Shown: piece after piece, positions 1 through 13,451 of the stretch
How positions within the stretch are numbered: the first letter of the stretch is position 1
Layout: every line of letters begins with the position of its first letter
Assembly (NCBI RefSeq): GCF_006345805.1
Contig: NC_042997.1
Span: forward strand, 176,204,001 to 176,268,000
Source: Octopus sinensis
Taxonomy: Eukaryota
Direction of reading: 5' to 3'
DNA length: 64,000 nt
The notes under the pieces: generated by a model
Database searches by the model: none
What the model was told of the DNA's origin: nothing
Seen by the model: only the letters and a program-made list of their open reading frames with translations
Program-made: the position numbers and the translations under genes

Positions 1-919
1 GGGCAAGGTTAAGTTATAGAGTTGGGATTTGGGTTAAGGGTCTGAATGGAGAAGTGGAATTCAAAACATTCTTTTTTTTCTTTTCACTTATTTTAGTCAT
101 TAGTCTGTAGCCATGCTGGACCACCATCTTGAAGATACTTATTGCTTCATTCTCTTTTGCCAAAATGCTAAATAACAGGGATGTAAATAAACTAACACCA
201 GTTGTCAAATGATGGTGGAGAGCAAACACACACAAACAAACATATATATGTGAGTTTGGAGGGACATACTACCCAAGTAGGTAGTGTGGTGGCTCTCAGT
301 TATCTTCCAGTTTACAGCTAGCCACATTGATCAGTATTTAATGTCGATGACTACTATTAGTTGTCAGTCACTATGTAAATTCCTCTAATCAGTAATTGTA
401 AAATAAGAGGAAAGAAATTTTGAGGATGAACAAGTCTCCAGTTCTACATCTTTATAATTATTGCTCTCATACACACACACACACGCACAATGGATTTCTT
501 TCAGTCTCTGTCTATCAAATCCACAAAGGCTTTGGTTGACCCAAAACTGTAATAAAAAAACACTTGCCCAGGGCACCATGCAATGGGACTAAACCCAGAA
601 CCATGTGGTTGGGAAGCAGACCATTTACAACACAACCATACCTGCATTTTTGCAGAATCATAATCTGCTGTTTAAAACAGAAATGATGAAAGAATTTCTA
701 ACCAAAGATATTGTTATGTGGTATACTTAGTCTGATACTATTGTCTGTCCACAATCTTCTCTATAATTTAAGTAAGTTATGTTACAGCATCAACGTCACT
801 TTCCGGTTTTCAGCCTGAGCAACACTGAGTATTTCAGCTAGCAACTTCTAAATACTGGCCCATCATGTGTACTTTTGAATGAAATATCTCTGATTTATAT
901 ATGTGAGAGAGGACAGGCA

Positions 920-1469
<550 letters not shown>

Positions 1470-2922
1470 GACCCATCAAATGTGTACACCAGAGGCGTGT
1501 GTGAACATTAAGAATGTCTGAGATGCAGTAATATTAATTGAATTGTAAATTGACAACAAATAGTGATACATAGTTGAACAAATGTTGTGTAGCAGGTGCT
1601 AGCTTAAGTAGATATAAAGGTGAAGAAGCAGGTTCGATAAGACTCAAGAGAATATGAGGGTGATAGGGCAAAATAGCCAAACAAAAAATAAAATTATAGC
1701 AATCTCGACAACTGCTAAGCTATTAATAGTGGAAAAGAAAATAAATGAAACAAAATAATGTGAAAGGTACTGAAAAGTAAGCATGCCAAGTCACTTTGAA
1801 CATATTCAATGAATCAAATGTTACTGTTTTACTATTAAGAAAAGAGTACTCATATGGACTGCATGTGTTTGTGTGTTTGTGTATGTATGTGTGTGTGCGT
1901 GTGTGTGTGTGCGCGCATGTATGTGTGTGATATTTGGCCCAAGCTGTACTGATTAACTCTAATGTTTTCTTGCAGCCTGCAGATCGACTGCATTTAAGAA
2001 TTAGTTTCTGTCCAGTTGCCAATATACAATCCTAAATATTTTCTTTGTGTTTGATATCAAATGAGTATTCAAGTCATTGAAAATTTTTATTTAAAACTTT
2101 TCAGAAAATGCAGAGAGAAAGAGTGGTTGGGTGGGGGTAAAAATAAATGTGTGTACATTGATTTTTTTTTCTTGCTAGTTTTATAATCAGAGTTATGCTT
2201 TGAGAACAAAACCAGTTCTGATTATAAACCTAAAACTGTTTATCATAGAAAATGCTCCGAATTTCCTGCATGCCAAAACAAATAATAAATCATTTCACAG
2301 CTCTTTGCTTGTGATTCCAGTGTTGATTTGTTGATCTACTATGTGTTGATTATTGACCTAACAGGTCGCTAATATTGTTAATTAGCCCCTAGTCAGCTCT
2401 GATTGAGTTGAGTATTATTGGTGGGGGTTGTCAGATGAATATGCGGTGATCACTTACAGGATTATTAAAGCACATTAAGTTTCATGGAACCTTTCCCATT
2501 CAGATTTCTTTATATGTTGAGTTGGTTTTAGAATGACGTAGAGCTTAGAGCCTGTAATTTTGGCAAGCACCACATTATGAGGATTTTGTAGAGACATTTC
2601 TGCTGTCACATTATTTAAATGACTCCTAGGTTATTTCATTGATATTGATGTTACTATTGTTGAAATAATTCCTATTAATTCTGTTGTTAATAAAACAAGA
2701 CAGGAAATTCTCAGATGGTAATGCTGTTTTGTCAGCACACAGAACAAAATGGTAACTAATGCTCAAAGAATTTAACTGACTGAAATTTATCACCATCTTG
2801 TTAATTGTTTGGATTAATGGTGATGTTATTCAAGACTCTAAAGAGAGAGCTTCAAACCTTATAGAAATTAACCTTTATATCACTTCTTAGAAAGTATTTT
2901 ATATATATATGTGTGTGTGTGT

Positions 2923-3120
2923 ATCATCATCATCGTTTCATGTCCGCTTTCCATGCTAGCATGGGTTGGACGATTTGACTGAGGTCTGGCGAACCAGATG
3001 GCTGTACCAGACTCCAATCTGATCTGGCAGAGTTTCTACAGCTCGATGCCCTTCCTAATGCCAACCACTCCGAGAGTGTAGTGGGTGCTTTTACATGCCA
3101 CCAGCACAAGGGCCAGTCAG
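2923..3120 (-). mobile_element. RTE 3'-end fragment
   Basis: Same terminal ~200 nt and (cat)n tail as the full-length element. Confidence 0.8.
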
Positions 3121-3348
3121 TGTTCATGTTCCATGCTGACATGGTTTGGGTGGTTTGACAGGATCCAATAGGTCCAAGGACTACATTCTGCTCCAGTGTC
3201 TGCTTTGGAATGGTTTCTTATGGCTGGATAGCCTTCCTAATACCTTAGATATGTGTGTGCAAATGTTTCTTTTATGTCAAGTTATATATAAAAACAGCTT
3301 AACATTAAACTGGAGGACTACCTAATGCTTTTTAATAGCATACATATA

Positions 3349-3735
3349 TACTCTTTTACTCTTTTACTTGTTTCAGTCATTTGACTGCGGCCATGCTGGA
3401 GTACCGCCTTTTAGTCGAGTAAATCGACCCCAGGACTTATTCTTTGTAAGCCTAGTACTTATTCTATCAGTCTCTTTTGCTGAACCGCTAAGTCATGGGG
3501 ACGTAAACAGACCACCGTTGGTTGTCAAGCATTGGTGGGGGGACAAACACAGACACACACAAACATATACACATATATATACATATATAAGACGGGCTTC
3601 TTCCAGTTTCTGTCTACCAAATCCACTCACAAGGCTTTGGTCGGCCCGAGGCTATAGTAGAAGACATTTGCCCAAGGTGCCACACAGTGGGAATGAACCT
3701 GGAATCATGTGGTTGGTAAGCAAGCTATTTACCAC
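3349..3735 (-). mobile_element. tRNA-derived SINE family b, near-complete copy
   Basis: The minus-strand head has a box B-like ggttcattcc followed by ccttgggcaaatgtcttctactatagcc. Other copies lie at ~85-645, 8748-8900 (+), 10560-10975, 20315-20995, 43705-43800 and 61290-61440 (+). Confidence 0.8.
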
Positions 3736-3895
3736 GATTTTGAAGTTTCAGCTTGCTTGCAATTTATCAGACAGTCTAATGAAGGTAAGCAAATAGAAAC
3801 TTAATCAGTGCCAACCTTTTCCATGTAAATGTGTGTGTGTGTGATGCTCCATCATGGCCACAATCAAATGACTGAAACAAGTCAAAGAATAAAAG

Positions 3896-3962
<67 letters not shown>

Positions 3963-3965
3963 TAT

Positions 3966-4278
3966 GAGCAGTGGACGGTGCTGAGTTGTCAAACATTTAA
4001 ACCAAATTTTCTCAAAACAATTTGTCCGACCGTCCTATAGGCCTCTCCTTTGAGAAACACTGATTTAACCTAAATTTGAGACACCAGCAAAAGAAGAAAT
4101 AAAGAGATTTTTTCTATTCCAAAGAATGCTTTATCGATCGCATTCTCACCTGGAATCAAATTTTGTAATTTTTTCAAGACTTTTGCATGCCCTGATACCG
4201 TCGGTATCTACATATCAAATTTGATATGTCCTAGAAGGCACACACACAGACAGACAGAATGGATTTTATATATTAGAT
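3966..4278 (+). mobile_element. Probable Helitron-like non-autonomous element
   Basis: The 3' end cacacacacagacagacag..ttttatatattagat resembles the three elements above; the 5' end is divergent. Confidence 0.4.
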
Positions 4279-4665
4279 ATATAGTTTATATTCATTTAAA
4301 GGAAGAAGAAAATGGAAATTGGGAAGTTAATTATTTGTTATTAACAGCAAATTGGTCATCTTCACTTACATCCATTTCTATTAATATTCAATAAACATTA
4401 ACTTTACATTTATGCAACGTGAGCATAATATCATCAGAGGGGAAAAGGTGTACCTTTGGATGCTGTATGTGTGTTTGCGAGCATCCAAAGGTACATCTTT
4501 TTTCCTCTGATGATATTATGCTCATGCCTCATAAATGTAAATTTAACGTTTATTGAGTATTAATAGAAATAGCTGTAAGTGAAGATGACCAATTTGCTGT
4601 TAATAGTAAACAATTATTAACATCCCAATCACCATTTTCTTCTTTCAAATGAATATAAGCTATAT
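4279..4665. repeat. Fold-back palindrome, ~185-bp imperfect arms, 15-nt loop (4465-4479)
   Basis: ...gtacctttggatgct / agcatccaaaggtac... and ttattaacagcaaattggtcatcttcacttaca / tgtaagtgaagatgaccaatttgctgttaatag. Confidence 0.9.
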
Positions 4666-4795
4666 ATTTTTATATATACCCATTATTTTAAGGAAATTCA
4701 TTCCCCAAAACTATTTAATATTGAACCAGTATTTCCTTGGATGAAACCATCCCATCATGAGGTTAGCACAACCTCTAATTAAATATATATATATA

Positions 4796-6290
4796 TCATC
4801 ATCATTTAACGTCCACTTTCCATGCTAGCATGAATTGGACGGTTTGACTGGGGACTGGTGAGCCAGATGGCTGCACCAGGCTCCAATCTGATCTGGCAGA
4901 GTTTCTACAGCTGGATACCCTTCCTAACGACAATCACTCCGAGAGTGTAGTGAGTGCTTTTACATCCCACCAGCATGAGGGCCAGTCAGGCGGTACTGGC
5001 AACGCCCACACTCAAATGGTGTTTTTACGTGTCACCTGCACAGGAGCCAGTCCAGCGGCACTGGCAGTGCTCTAGCTTAAATGTTGCTTCTCATGTACCA
5101 CCGGCACAAGTATCATCATCATCATCGTTTAACGTCCGTTTTCCGCGCTAGCACGGGTTGGACGGTTCAACCGGGGCCTGGGAAGCCAGGGGCTGCACCA
5201 GGCTCCAGTCTGATCTGGCAGAGTTTCTACAGCTGGACGCCCTTCTTAATGCCAACCACTCCGCAAGTGTAGTGGGTGCTTTTTACGTGCCACCTGCACA
5301 GGTGCCAGGGGAGTCCGGCATCGGCCACGATCGGTTGGTGCTTTTAACGTGCCACCGGCACGGAAGCCAGCCAAGGCGGTACTGGCATCGACCACGTTCG
5401 GATGGTGCTTTTTATGTGTCACCGGCACAGAAGCCAGTCGAGGCGGCACTGGCAACGGTCACGTTCGGATGGTGCGTTTTATGTGCCACCAGCACAGGTA
5501 TCACAACTACTATTTCCATTGATATTTATTTCGATGTTCATGTACTTGACTCAACAGGTCTCCTCAAGCACAGCGGGATGTTCTGGAATCCAAGGTACTT
5601 TGAATGGGGTTATGCGGAACTGGTGCAGGGAGCAGCCCTGGTCTTTGCAGTCACAGCATATCTCCAGAGATCTCGGTCCTTCGCCATTGCCTCAGTGAGG
5701 CCCAACGCTCTGAGGTCATGCTTGACTACCTCATCCCATGTCTTCCTGGGTCATGGTATCATCATCATCATCATCATCATCATTTAACGTCCGCTTCCCA
5801 TGCTAGCATGGGTTGGACGGTTCAACTGGGGTCTGGGGAGCCCGAAGGCTGCACCAGGCCAGTCAGATCTGGCAGTGTTTCTACAGCTGGATGCCCTTCC
5901 TAACGCCAACCACTCCGAGAGTGTAGTGGGTGATTTTATGTGCCACCGACACAGGTGCCAGACGAGGCTGGCGAACGGCCACGCTCGGATGGTGTTTTTA
6001 TGTGCCACCCACACAGGTGCCAGATGAGGCTGACGAACGGCCACGATCAGATGGTGTTTCTTACGTGCCCACAGCACGGAGGCCAGTCGATGCGGTACTG
6101 GCTACGGCCACGTTCGGATGGTTTTCTTGTGTGCCACCGGCACTGGTACCGCAAAGATACAAATTCCATTGATGTTCATCTATTTTGATTTGATTTGATT
6201 TGATTTTCACTTGCCTCAACAGGTCTTCACAAGTGTCACAAGAAGGAAGGAAGGTATGCACAGGTGAACTGACAACGTCCCAGGGGTTTC
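4796..6290 (-). mobile_element. Three consecutive RTE 3'-end copies (4796-5110, 5112-5752, 5758-6290)
   Basis: Each begins on + with (cat)n-(c/t)ttaacgtcc..ttccatgctagc. The middle copy retains PRKTWDEVVKHDLRALGLTEAMAKDRDLWRYAV on the minus strand. Confidence 0.88.
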
Positions 6291-8475
6291 ATATTTTAGC
6301 ACAAGGCTGGCAAATTCAAGGGAAGGAGTAAGTTGATTGCATCAACTCCCACACTCAACTGGTACCTTTTTTATTGACCCCAAAAGGATGAAAGGCAAAG
6401 TTGACCCTAGCAGCATTTAAACTCAGAATGTAAAGTCAGAAGAAATGCTGCTAAACATTTTTCCTGGCATGGTAACAATTCTTCCAGCTCACTGCCTTAG
6501 ATGTAGTGTATTACAATTGCTCTTTGTAAGTGCATGATGAGCCAGTAGGAGTGTGCCATACTTACATGACCAGTATTGTAGCTGGGATCATGAAGTTTAT
6601 ATCTTTCACATTCACAATCAATGGTCATTTTGTAGCTTGTTTGTAGGTTTACATACTGGTTTGTTATTGAAACAGTTTTAAATTTTAGTGCATATTATTA
6701 GTGCTTGATGTAAACTAATGATGTACTAAAATAAAAAACTACGAGCATAAAAACCTCTGCATATGTTTACTAATAACCAATGTGATTTATAAATTTGATT
6801 GAAAATATGTAAGTTGCAGACTTCACAACACTGACTGTTATATTGGCCAGACAAATATGGCACTCTGTTGCTGACCTGCCATGCACTTAGAACTGAAGGT
6901 AATTACATTGCACTACACCACACAACAAAACCAAATAAGAAAACATAGTGGGCAGTATATATATATTCTATTGAAGACCCGCACCTCTCTTTCTCTTTGT
7001 CTTTATCTATTGAAATAAATGTGAGGGATTGAATGTTTCTGTCAAAACCCTGACGCCTATAAAGATATGCACTCTGCACTGCATAATTGATTATGCACTA
7101 ATTAATTGTGCAGTGCTCCAACGACATACAGTAATGAGTTCTGCTTATTTATGTTATTTCTTTACATTGAATGAACTTGAATATGCGACCATAAACCATT
7201 AATATTTTGGCTTGTTTTATGGCTAGCTTTAACCTGCTCACTTGATTTAAAGACCTGTAACACCCTTTTCAATAAATACATTGAAGAGAAATCATGGAAT
7301 AAGCAAACTGTTTAACTAGTAGCTCATAGTTCTTGAGTTCAAATCCACTGTGTGCATCTTATGTAGTTGTTCATCCGTGTCTCAGAAAAGCTACCAATGT
7401 TTAACTTGAATTAGCTCCTAATTTTATCAAGATGGTATTTGGTTTACATCTCTGTTTTAACCCCATGCAACCACAACTAAGCCATAGCCCCTTTAAAATC
7501 CCTTGAAACTTTGGTCATATTTTATTTGCTGTTTTTGTATTAGCTTCTGTAAATGTAAATTTGTGTTTTAGAGTCTTTTAAAACAGAACTGTCATTCTAG
7601 TGTGAAGAACATTATTTATTAATAGAATATTAAGTTCATGTTAAAACTAATGTGAATAACTTTTTATAACTCTTTCTACTTTCTTTCTACTTTTTTTTTT
7701 CCTGAAATAAGAAAAAAATACTTCTCTTGTTCCCCATCAACATTGATAATTGGGAAAAATAGTATCAAAACTCAGGAGTCATCAATGGCTCTATAGAACA
7801 ATGCCATCTTCTGTGATGAATAATCATTTACCCTTTTTCCAATTCAGAATGAATTTAGCACAGATCTGTTTTGTTAGAGCTGGCCTTGGACTAAACAAAC
7901 AGCTTCCAGATGTTCAGATGCTCAAGGAATACTGCTTGAGAAAGACCAGCATCTTAACTAGTGAATAAAAGAAATTATGTGCTTGATAGATTTGACACCA
8001 ACTACTGTTATCATGCTCTGTCTTTACTGGAGTTAGGGGACAATGTTTCCAATGCAGTTTACTCTAATTTTATAGTATATTCTCCATTGTAATATTTACT
8101 CTGATTGGGAAAGCATAATGTTTTAGATTTTTATGTAAATACAGTTTTTATTCTCATACTTTTCACCAGATCGTTGATTATTTGAGAGATAACTAACAGG
8201 GGGAATCAAAACAGTGTTGTTGACCCAGTTCATTTGATTAACCATTTAGTTATTGGGACACCAGTAGAGACTTCATCTTCGTGTAATATATCTTTGTCAA
8301 GATAGCAGATATCGAGAGACCTAATTTACAAGTGTAAGATATCTTGTTAATTACTAAAGAAGAGAGGTGGATTGTCACTCATTATAGCATTGAACAGAAT
8401 GTTCACATGATATTTCTTCTTCCTCTTTGTTCTGAGTTCAATTCCCACCAACCTTGCTTTACATCATTGTAGGAG

Positions 8476-8692
8476 CTGTTCCATCCAACCACCTCTCTAG
8501 CTTCTTTGATGACGTCCAGGTTTCTGAGCCATATAGTAGAATTGGTTCGACTGTGGCTTTGAAGATTTTAAGTTTGAAAATACAAATATATGGAAAACTA
8601 CCACCTGTATCATCTCTTGTGAAAGGTAGGAGAGTCCAGTTTGCTGGACATTGCTGTAGAGCTGAAAACGAGGCAATTTCTACTCTTCTTAA
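8476..8692. mobile_element. Fragment of a second RTE family with an internal inversion
   Basis: Minus strand ~8576-8476 reads KLKIFKATVEPILLYGSETWTSSKKLERWLDGT. Plus strand ~8577-8692 reads KIQIYGKLPPVSSLVKGRRVQFAGHCCRAENEAISTLL. Confidence 0.75.
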
Positions 8693-9123
8693 CCACACAG
8701 CCATGCCTGTGCCTATGCAATAAGTGCATGAATGGCTATTGATGTAAACATGGCTGTATAGTAAGAAGTTTACTTCCCATGGTTTTGGGTTCAGTCCTAC
8801 TGTGTGGTACTTTGGGCAAGTGTATTTTACTATAGCCCCAGGTCAATCAAACCAATTGAGTAGATTTGGTTGATGGAAACTAAAAGAAGCCCATCATATG
8901 TAGTTTTGTGTGTGTGAATATGTGCGTTTATGTTTCCTTGTCTTGACATCGCATGATGATTGTAAATGGGTGTAATTCATCTCCAGCATTCTGCAACAAC
9001 ATGTCTGGCTATGGGGAAATATTACCTTGCTTGGAAATAGGTTAAAGTTAGCAACAGGAAGGGCATCCAGGCATAGAAAGTTTGCCTCATTAAACTCCAT
9101 CCGATCCATACAAACATGGAAAA

Positions 9124-9508
9124 TCATAATTTAATGTCTGTTTTCCATGCTGGCATGAGTTGGACAGCTTGACAGGAGCTGGCTAGGCTAAGGGCTGCTC
9201 CAGATCCCACAGTCAGTTTTTGGCTTGGTTTCTACAGCTGGATGCCCTTCCTAATACTAACCATTTTACAGAGTGTTCTAGCACTTTTTATGGCACCAGC
9301 ACCAGTACTTTTTATGTGGCACCAGCACCAGTGCTTTTTATATGACACTGGCACCAGTTCTTTTTTTACCTGGCACCAGTACTGCTGCTTTTTACATGGT
9401 ACCAGCAGCATTGCATCATGACCAAGCACCAGCACCCGTGCTTTTAAAGTGGCATCAGCATCAGTGATCTTAATGTAGTACCAGCACCACTGCTTTTTAT
9501 GTGGCACC
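9124..9508 (-). mobile_element. RTE-related 3'-end fragment carrying a ~25-30-bp tandem array (ggcaccagcaccagtgcttttta)
   Basis: The terminal motif gtttctacagctggatgcccttccta is followed by about 8 degenerate repeat units. Confidence 0.7.
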
Positions 9509-9883
9509 CTAGATTTAAAGTGAATGCTAATGATGACGATGATCTATGTGTGTGTGTGGGTGCATAAATATATATATATTTAAAGTTTGTGAGAGATGAT
9601 TTGTAGTAATATAAAACTGTAACTAAACAGCAGCCTAACTATATCAGGCATAGTTCAGTAATTGCAAATGATTTTTCTCCCTCTGAACTTGTTAATAATG
9701 CATGGTTAAATGTTTGTTAAATGTATTGCTAAGAGGACTACTTGTCTACAATCACATATTAGAATGCTAATATTCTTGGAAAACTTTCAACGATAATTAC
9801 TGAAATCAGTTCTCATTAAGAATATCCGTGGTTAGTCTTGTTTTTTCTTTTGTTTTTGTTATTGTTTTTTAGTCCTAGTGTTT

Positions 9884-9923
<40 letters not shown>

Positions 9924-10189
9924 TCATCATCATCATCATCGTTTTATCACTCACTTTTTCATGCTTGCATGAATCAGACAGAGGCAAAATTTTCTATGGC
10001 TGGATGTTCTTCCTATCATCAACCCTCACCAGCCTGCAAGCAAGCTAATATTTCTCCACAGCCAGACATGTTTTTGTAGGATATTGGAAATAATGACATT
10101 CATTCACAAGAACCATGTAATGTTCAAGTGAGGAGACACAAATATATATACAAACACACTTACGCATACACATACATACAATACACACA

Positions 10190-10229
<40 letters not shown>

Positions 10230-10998
10230 CTGGCTTCTTTCAGTTTCCATCTACCAAAATTCATTCACAAGGTATTGGTTGACCCAAAACTCCACCTATA
10301 TATTATTTCCTTCCCCATGGAAGCAAATCTTGATGAGGCCTATGATGAAAGGTGTTCCAGTTGTGGCCATTCTCCCCAGTTTTTTTTTCTTTATTTAGGG
10401 CCTACATTGTACATTGTTTCTTGCATTTTTTTTTAAATGGTAGAAATATGATTTGCAAGTAATTTGGTTGCCAGTTCTAGTTGGTTGAGCAACTATATAG
10501 AAATTCCTTCACCTGGAATGTTATATAAAAGGATTAGGTGGTTGTTAAGCAGCAAGGAAAACAACCACAGACACAAAGACATACACACGTGTGTATGCAC
10601 ATACACATCTGCATGCACACAAACGCACATGCACCCACGTGAACACACACGTAATAGGCTTTCACACTCTTTCTCTCTACCAAATTCACTCACAAGGTAT
10701 CGGCCCTGGGTTACAGAAGACATTTGCCCAATATCCTGTGCAATGAACCCCAAAACCATTTGGTTACAAAGCAAGCTTCTTGGGCCCACAGTCATGCCTG
10801 CACCTATTATTTGATTCTTTTACTTGTTTCAACCATTTCACTGTGGCCATGCTGGAGCACTGCCTAGAGGGGTTTTAGGGAAATGAAATGACTAGGACTT
10901 ATTTCTTAAGCCTATGGGTTGCAAACACACCATCAATGGTTGTCAAGCCATAGTGGAGAACAGACACACACACGTTTGTTGTGTTTTTACATTTGATT

Positions 10999-11059
<61 letters not shown>

Positions 11060-11060
<1 letters not shown>

Positions 11061-11610
11061 TATATACATAGTGAGAATTTACAAAAAAACAAAACATGTT
11101 ATCGGGTGTGTAAACAACAAACAGATGTATTAGTTTAACACTCGGGAAGTGAGAACGTCGTTTACATTTTGAGCCTAGGCTCTTCGACAGAAAGGAACAC
11201 AGAAATAAACAGGGTGAGAAAATAGAAAATATATTTATATATTTATGTATATGTATATATACATACATGTAGATTTATGTACATATATATATCTACATAA
11301 AATTGTTATAATGTCTTGTTGTTGGGATAGGCTCTCTTTCTTTCCTGATGAGAAGATTACACTTTACACCATTTATTCCTTTGGAATAAAACCAATGTTG
11401 TCTTCGAAACCTATGTCAAAAGTAAAAGAATTGGAATAGCATCTGCGTTCAAATCCATTTATTTACTTACACTACACAAATTACTGCACATTAACCCAGA
11501 GTTTCTACCTTTCAATAGGTCGCTACATCCTTGTTACTTGCGTCAATTTTGCTACCCTGGTAACTGTTTATTGAATTTTCCATGTTAACGGTAAACAAAG
11601 GATAATTCAT
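11060..11610. mobile_element. Penelope-like terminal-repeat relics (two fragments) containing hammerhead-type motifs
   Basis: CTGATGA...GAAAC-ctat-GTC at 11345-11417 on +, and a degenerate CTGTCGA...AAAA motif on minus at 11157-11195. Confidence 0.5.
11334..11428 (+). ncRNA. Candidate type I hammerhead ribozyme
   Basis: CUGAUGA 11345-11351; stem II GAAGA/UCUUC; GAAA 11406-11409; minimal stem III closing the loop CUAU; GUC cleavage triplet 11415-11417; stem I pairs 8 of 11 positions. Confidence 0.6.
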
Positions 11611-11616
11611 TCATCC

Positions 11617-11658
<42 letters not shown>

Positions 11659-11775
11659 AATATTAATATTAGGGAATATTATTCCAAACTTACAAGAAAA
11701 AATTCAATATAGTAATTCTAAATCAAATTTCACAGTATATAATATATGTATATAAATTAGAGAAGAATATTTTCA

Positions 11776-12499
11776 GTTGAGGGAACCTGTGGAAGAGGTA
11801 GACCTAGGATGAGGTGGTGAAGCATGACCTTCAAACTCTGGGCCTCACCAAGGCAATGACTAGTGAACGGGACCTCTGGAAATATGCTGTGCTTGAGAAG
11901 ACGGCAAGCACAAGTGAGACCATAACCTTGTGACCTATGCCAGGAGTGTAACCAGTCCACTTACATGTGCCTTTCCTTGATTGGACACTAAACTCTGCTT
12001 GCGAAGACTTGTTGAGGCAAGTGAAATCGAAATCAAATTCGATGACTGGCATCTGTGCTAGTGGGAGCTAAGAGTACCATACGAGTAAGATTGGGGCCAG
12101 AGCTACAAGCTGGCCTCTGAGCCGATGGCACGTTAAAAATACCATTTGAGCGTGATCGATACCTGCGTCGCTTTACTATCACTTGTGCTGTTGGCACGTG
12201 AAAAAACATTCGAGCAAGGTCGTTGCAAGTGCCGCTGGACTGGCTCCTGTGCAGGTGGCACATAAAAAGCACCATTTGAGTGTGGCCGTTGCCACTACCG
12301 CCTGACTGGCCTTCATGCCTGGCACCCACTACACTCTCGGAGTGGTTAGCTTTAGGAAGGGCATCCAACTGTAGAAACTCTGCTAGATCAGAGTGGAGTC
12401 TGGTGCAGCCATCTTGTTTGCCAGACCTCAGTCAAATCGTCCAACCCAAGCTAGCATGGAAAGCGGACGTTAAACGACGATGGTGATGATGATGATGAT
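11776..12499 (+). mobile_element. 5'-truncated RTE copy (last RT codons plus full 3' UTR and (GAT)n tail)
   Basis: The EGTCGRGRPR...DRDLWKYAVLEKT remnant is followed by the same 3' UTR as the 45262 element. Confidence 0.88.
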
Positions 12500-12505
12500 A
12501 TACAC

Positions 12506-12707
12506 ATCATCATCATCATCATCATCATTTAACGTCCACTTTCCATGCTAGCATGGGTTGGACGGTTCAACTGGGGTCTGGGGAGCCCGAAGGCTGCACC
12601 AGTCCAGTCAGATCTGGCAGTGTTTCTACAGCTGGATGCCCTTCCTAACGCCAACCACTCCGAGAGTGTAGTGGGTGATTTTATGTGCCACCGACACAGG
12701 TGCCAGA
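12506..12707 (-). mobile_element. RTE 3'-end fragment, tail-to-tail with the 11776-12499 copy
   Basis: Differs from 5764-5960 at only about three positions and ends at an (AT)n tract. Confidence 0.85.
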
Positions 12708-13124
12708 CATATATATATATATACACATACATGCAAGGGACAAGCCTGTATGGAAAGACAGCCATGCTTTTACTTTTTAAGCACTGGAAACCACCAGGAG
12801 TCTCAATCCTCTGTCATCCCCTCTGTAAGTCCCAGTGTCTGTTGACTCTTTCTTACCACTTCTAAAAACTTTATATTCAGCACAGTCTGTTGCAGTATTT
12901 GCTGATTACTACTGGTAGTAACTGCTTATAAGTCTGTCAATAAAATGAAATGGAAAATTTGAGAGATGATGCATTAAAGTGCTAGCAATAAGAATTAAAC
13001 TCCTAATTTTTATCGCATCAAAAAAGATCATTTACAGTGCTATAGTAAATAGTGCTGTACATGATTAAAATTGGATAAGTAATCCTTATAAATTCTATCA
13101 TTTATAATGGCTGTTGAGAGTCTG

Positions 13125-13275
13125 GTGATATTGGCTGGTTGACTAAACAAGGATGAATGGTTGGTGATGTTGATTTGTTGACTAAACAGGAACTGATGGA
13201 CTGGTGATGTTAATTGGTTGATTAAACAGGAACCAATGCTGTTGATTGGCTGACTAAATAGGAACTGATGCACTA
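13125..13275. repeat. Minisatellite, ~38-40-bp unit x4 (ggtgatgttgattggttgactaaacaggaactgatg)
   Basis: Four degenerate tandem units read directly. Confidence 0.8.
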
Positions 13276-13304
13276 GTTAGCAGTACATCAATTGAACTTC
13301 TAGA

Positions 13305-13449
13305 GGTGGAAATAATTTAAATAAATCAAGAATTTATGTTGTATGGTATTTGATATACCTGTATTTGTTTATTTTGTTCACCTCAAGTGGTGGAGATAAT
13401 TTAGATAAATTAAGAATATATGTTGTATGATATTTGATGTACCTGCATT
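13305..13449. repeat. Direct duplication of ~61 bp with an 84-bp period
   Basis: ggtgga(a/g)ataattta(a/g)ataaat(c/t)aagaat(t/a)tatgttgtatg(g/a)tatttgat(a/g)tacctg at 13305 and 13389. Confidence 0.8.
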
Positions 13450-13451
13450 CG

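Noticed and set aside
2400-2850. Stop-poor minus-strand frames suggesting a very old LINE endonuclease relic
   Set aside because: No diagnostic motif could be matched convincingly.
5158-5787. 209-aa + strand ORF and similar ORFs (13496, 20489, 45315)
   Set aside because: They are antisense readings of the GC-rich RTE 3' UTR and RT end. They recur only because the repeat recurs, and copies disagree in frame.
5270-6150. Repeat-spacer-like pattern (gtgccaccggcac...ggtgcttttta) resembling a CRISPR array
   Set aside because: The context is eukaryotic, the units are degenerate, the spacers are related to each other, there are no cas genes, and it lies within a LINE 3' UTR.
11157-11195. Second hammerhead-like motif on the minus strand (CUGUCGA-AGAGCCUAGGCUC-AAAA)
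   Set aside because: Core positions are altered (CUGUCGA instead of CUGANGA, AAAA instead of GAAA), so it is at best a dead relic.
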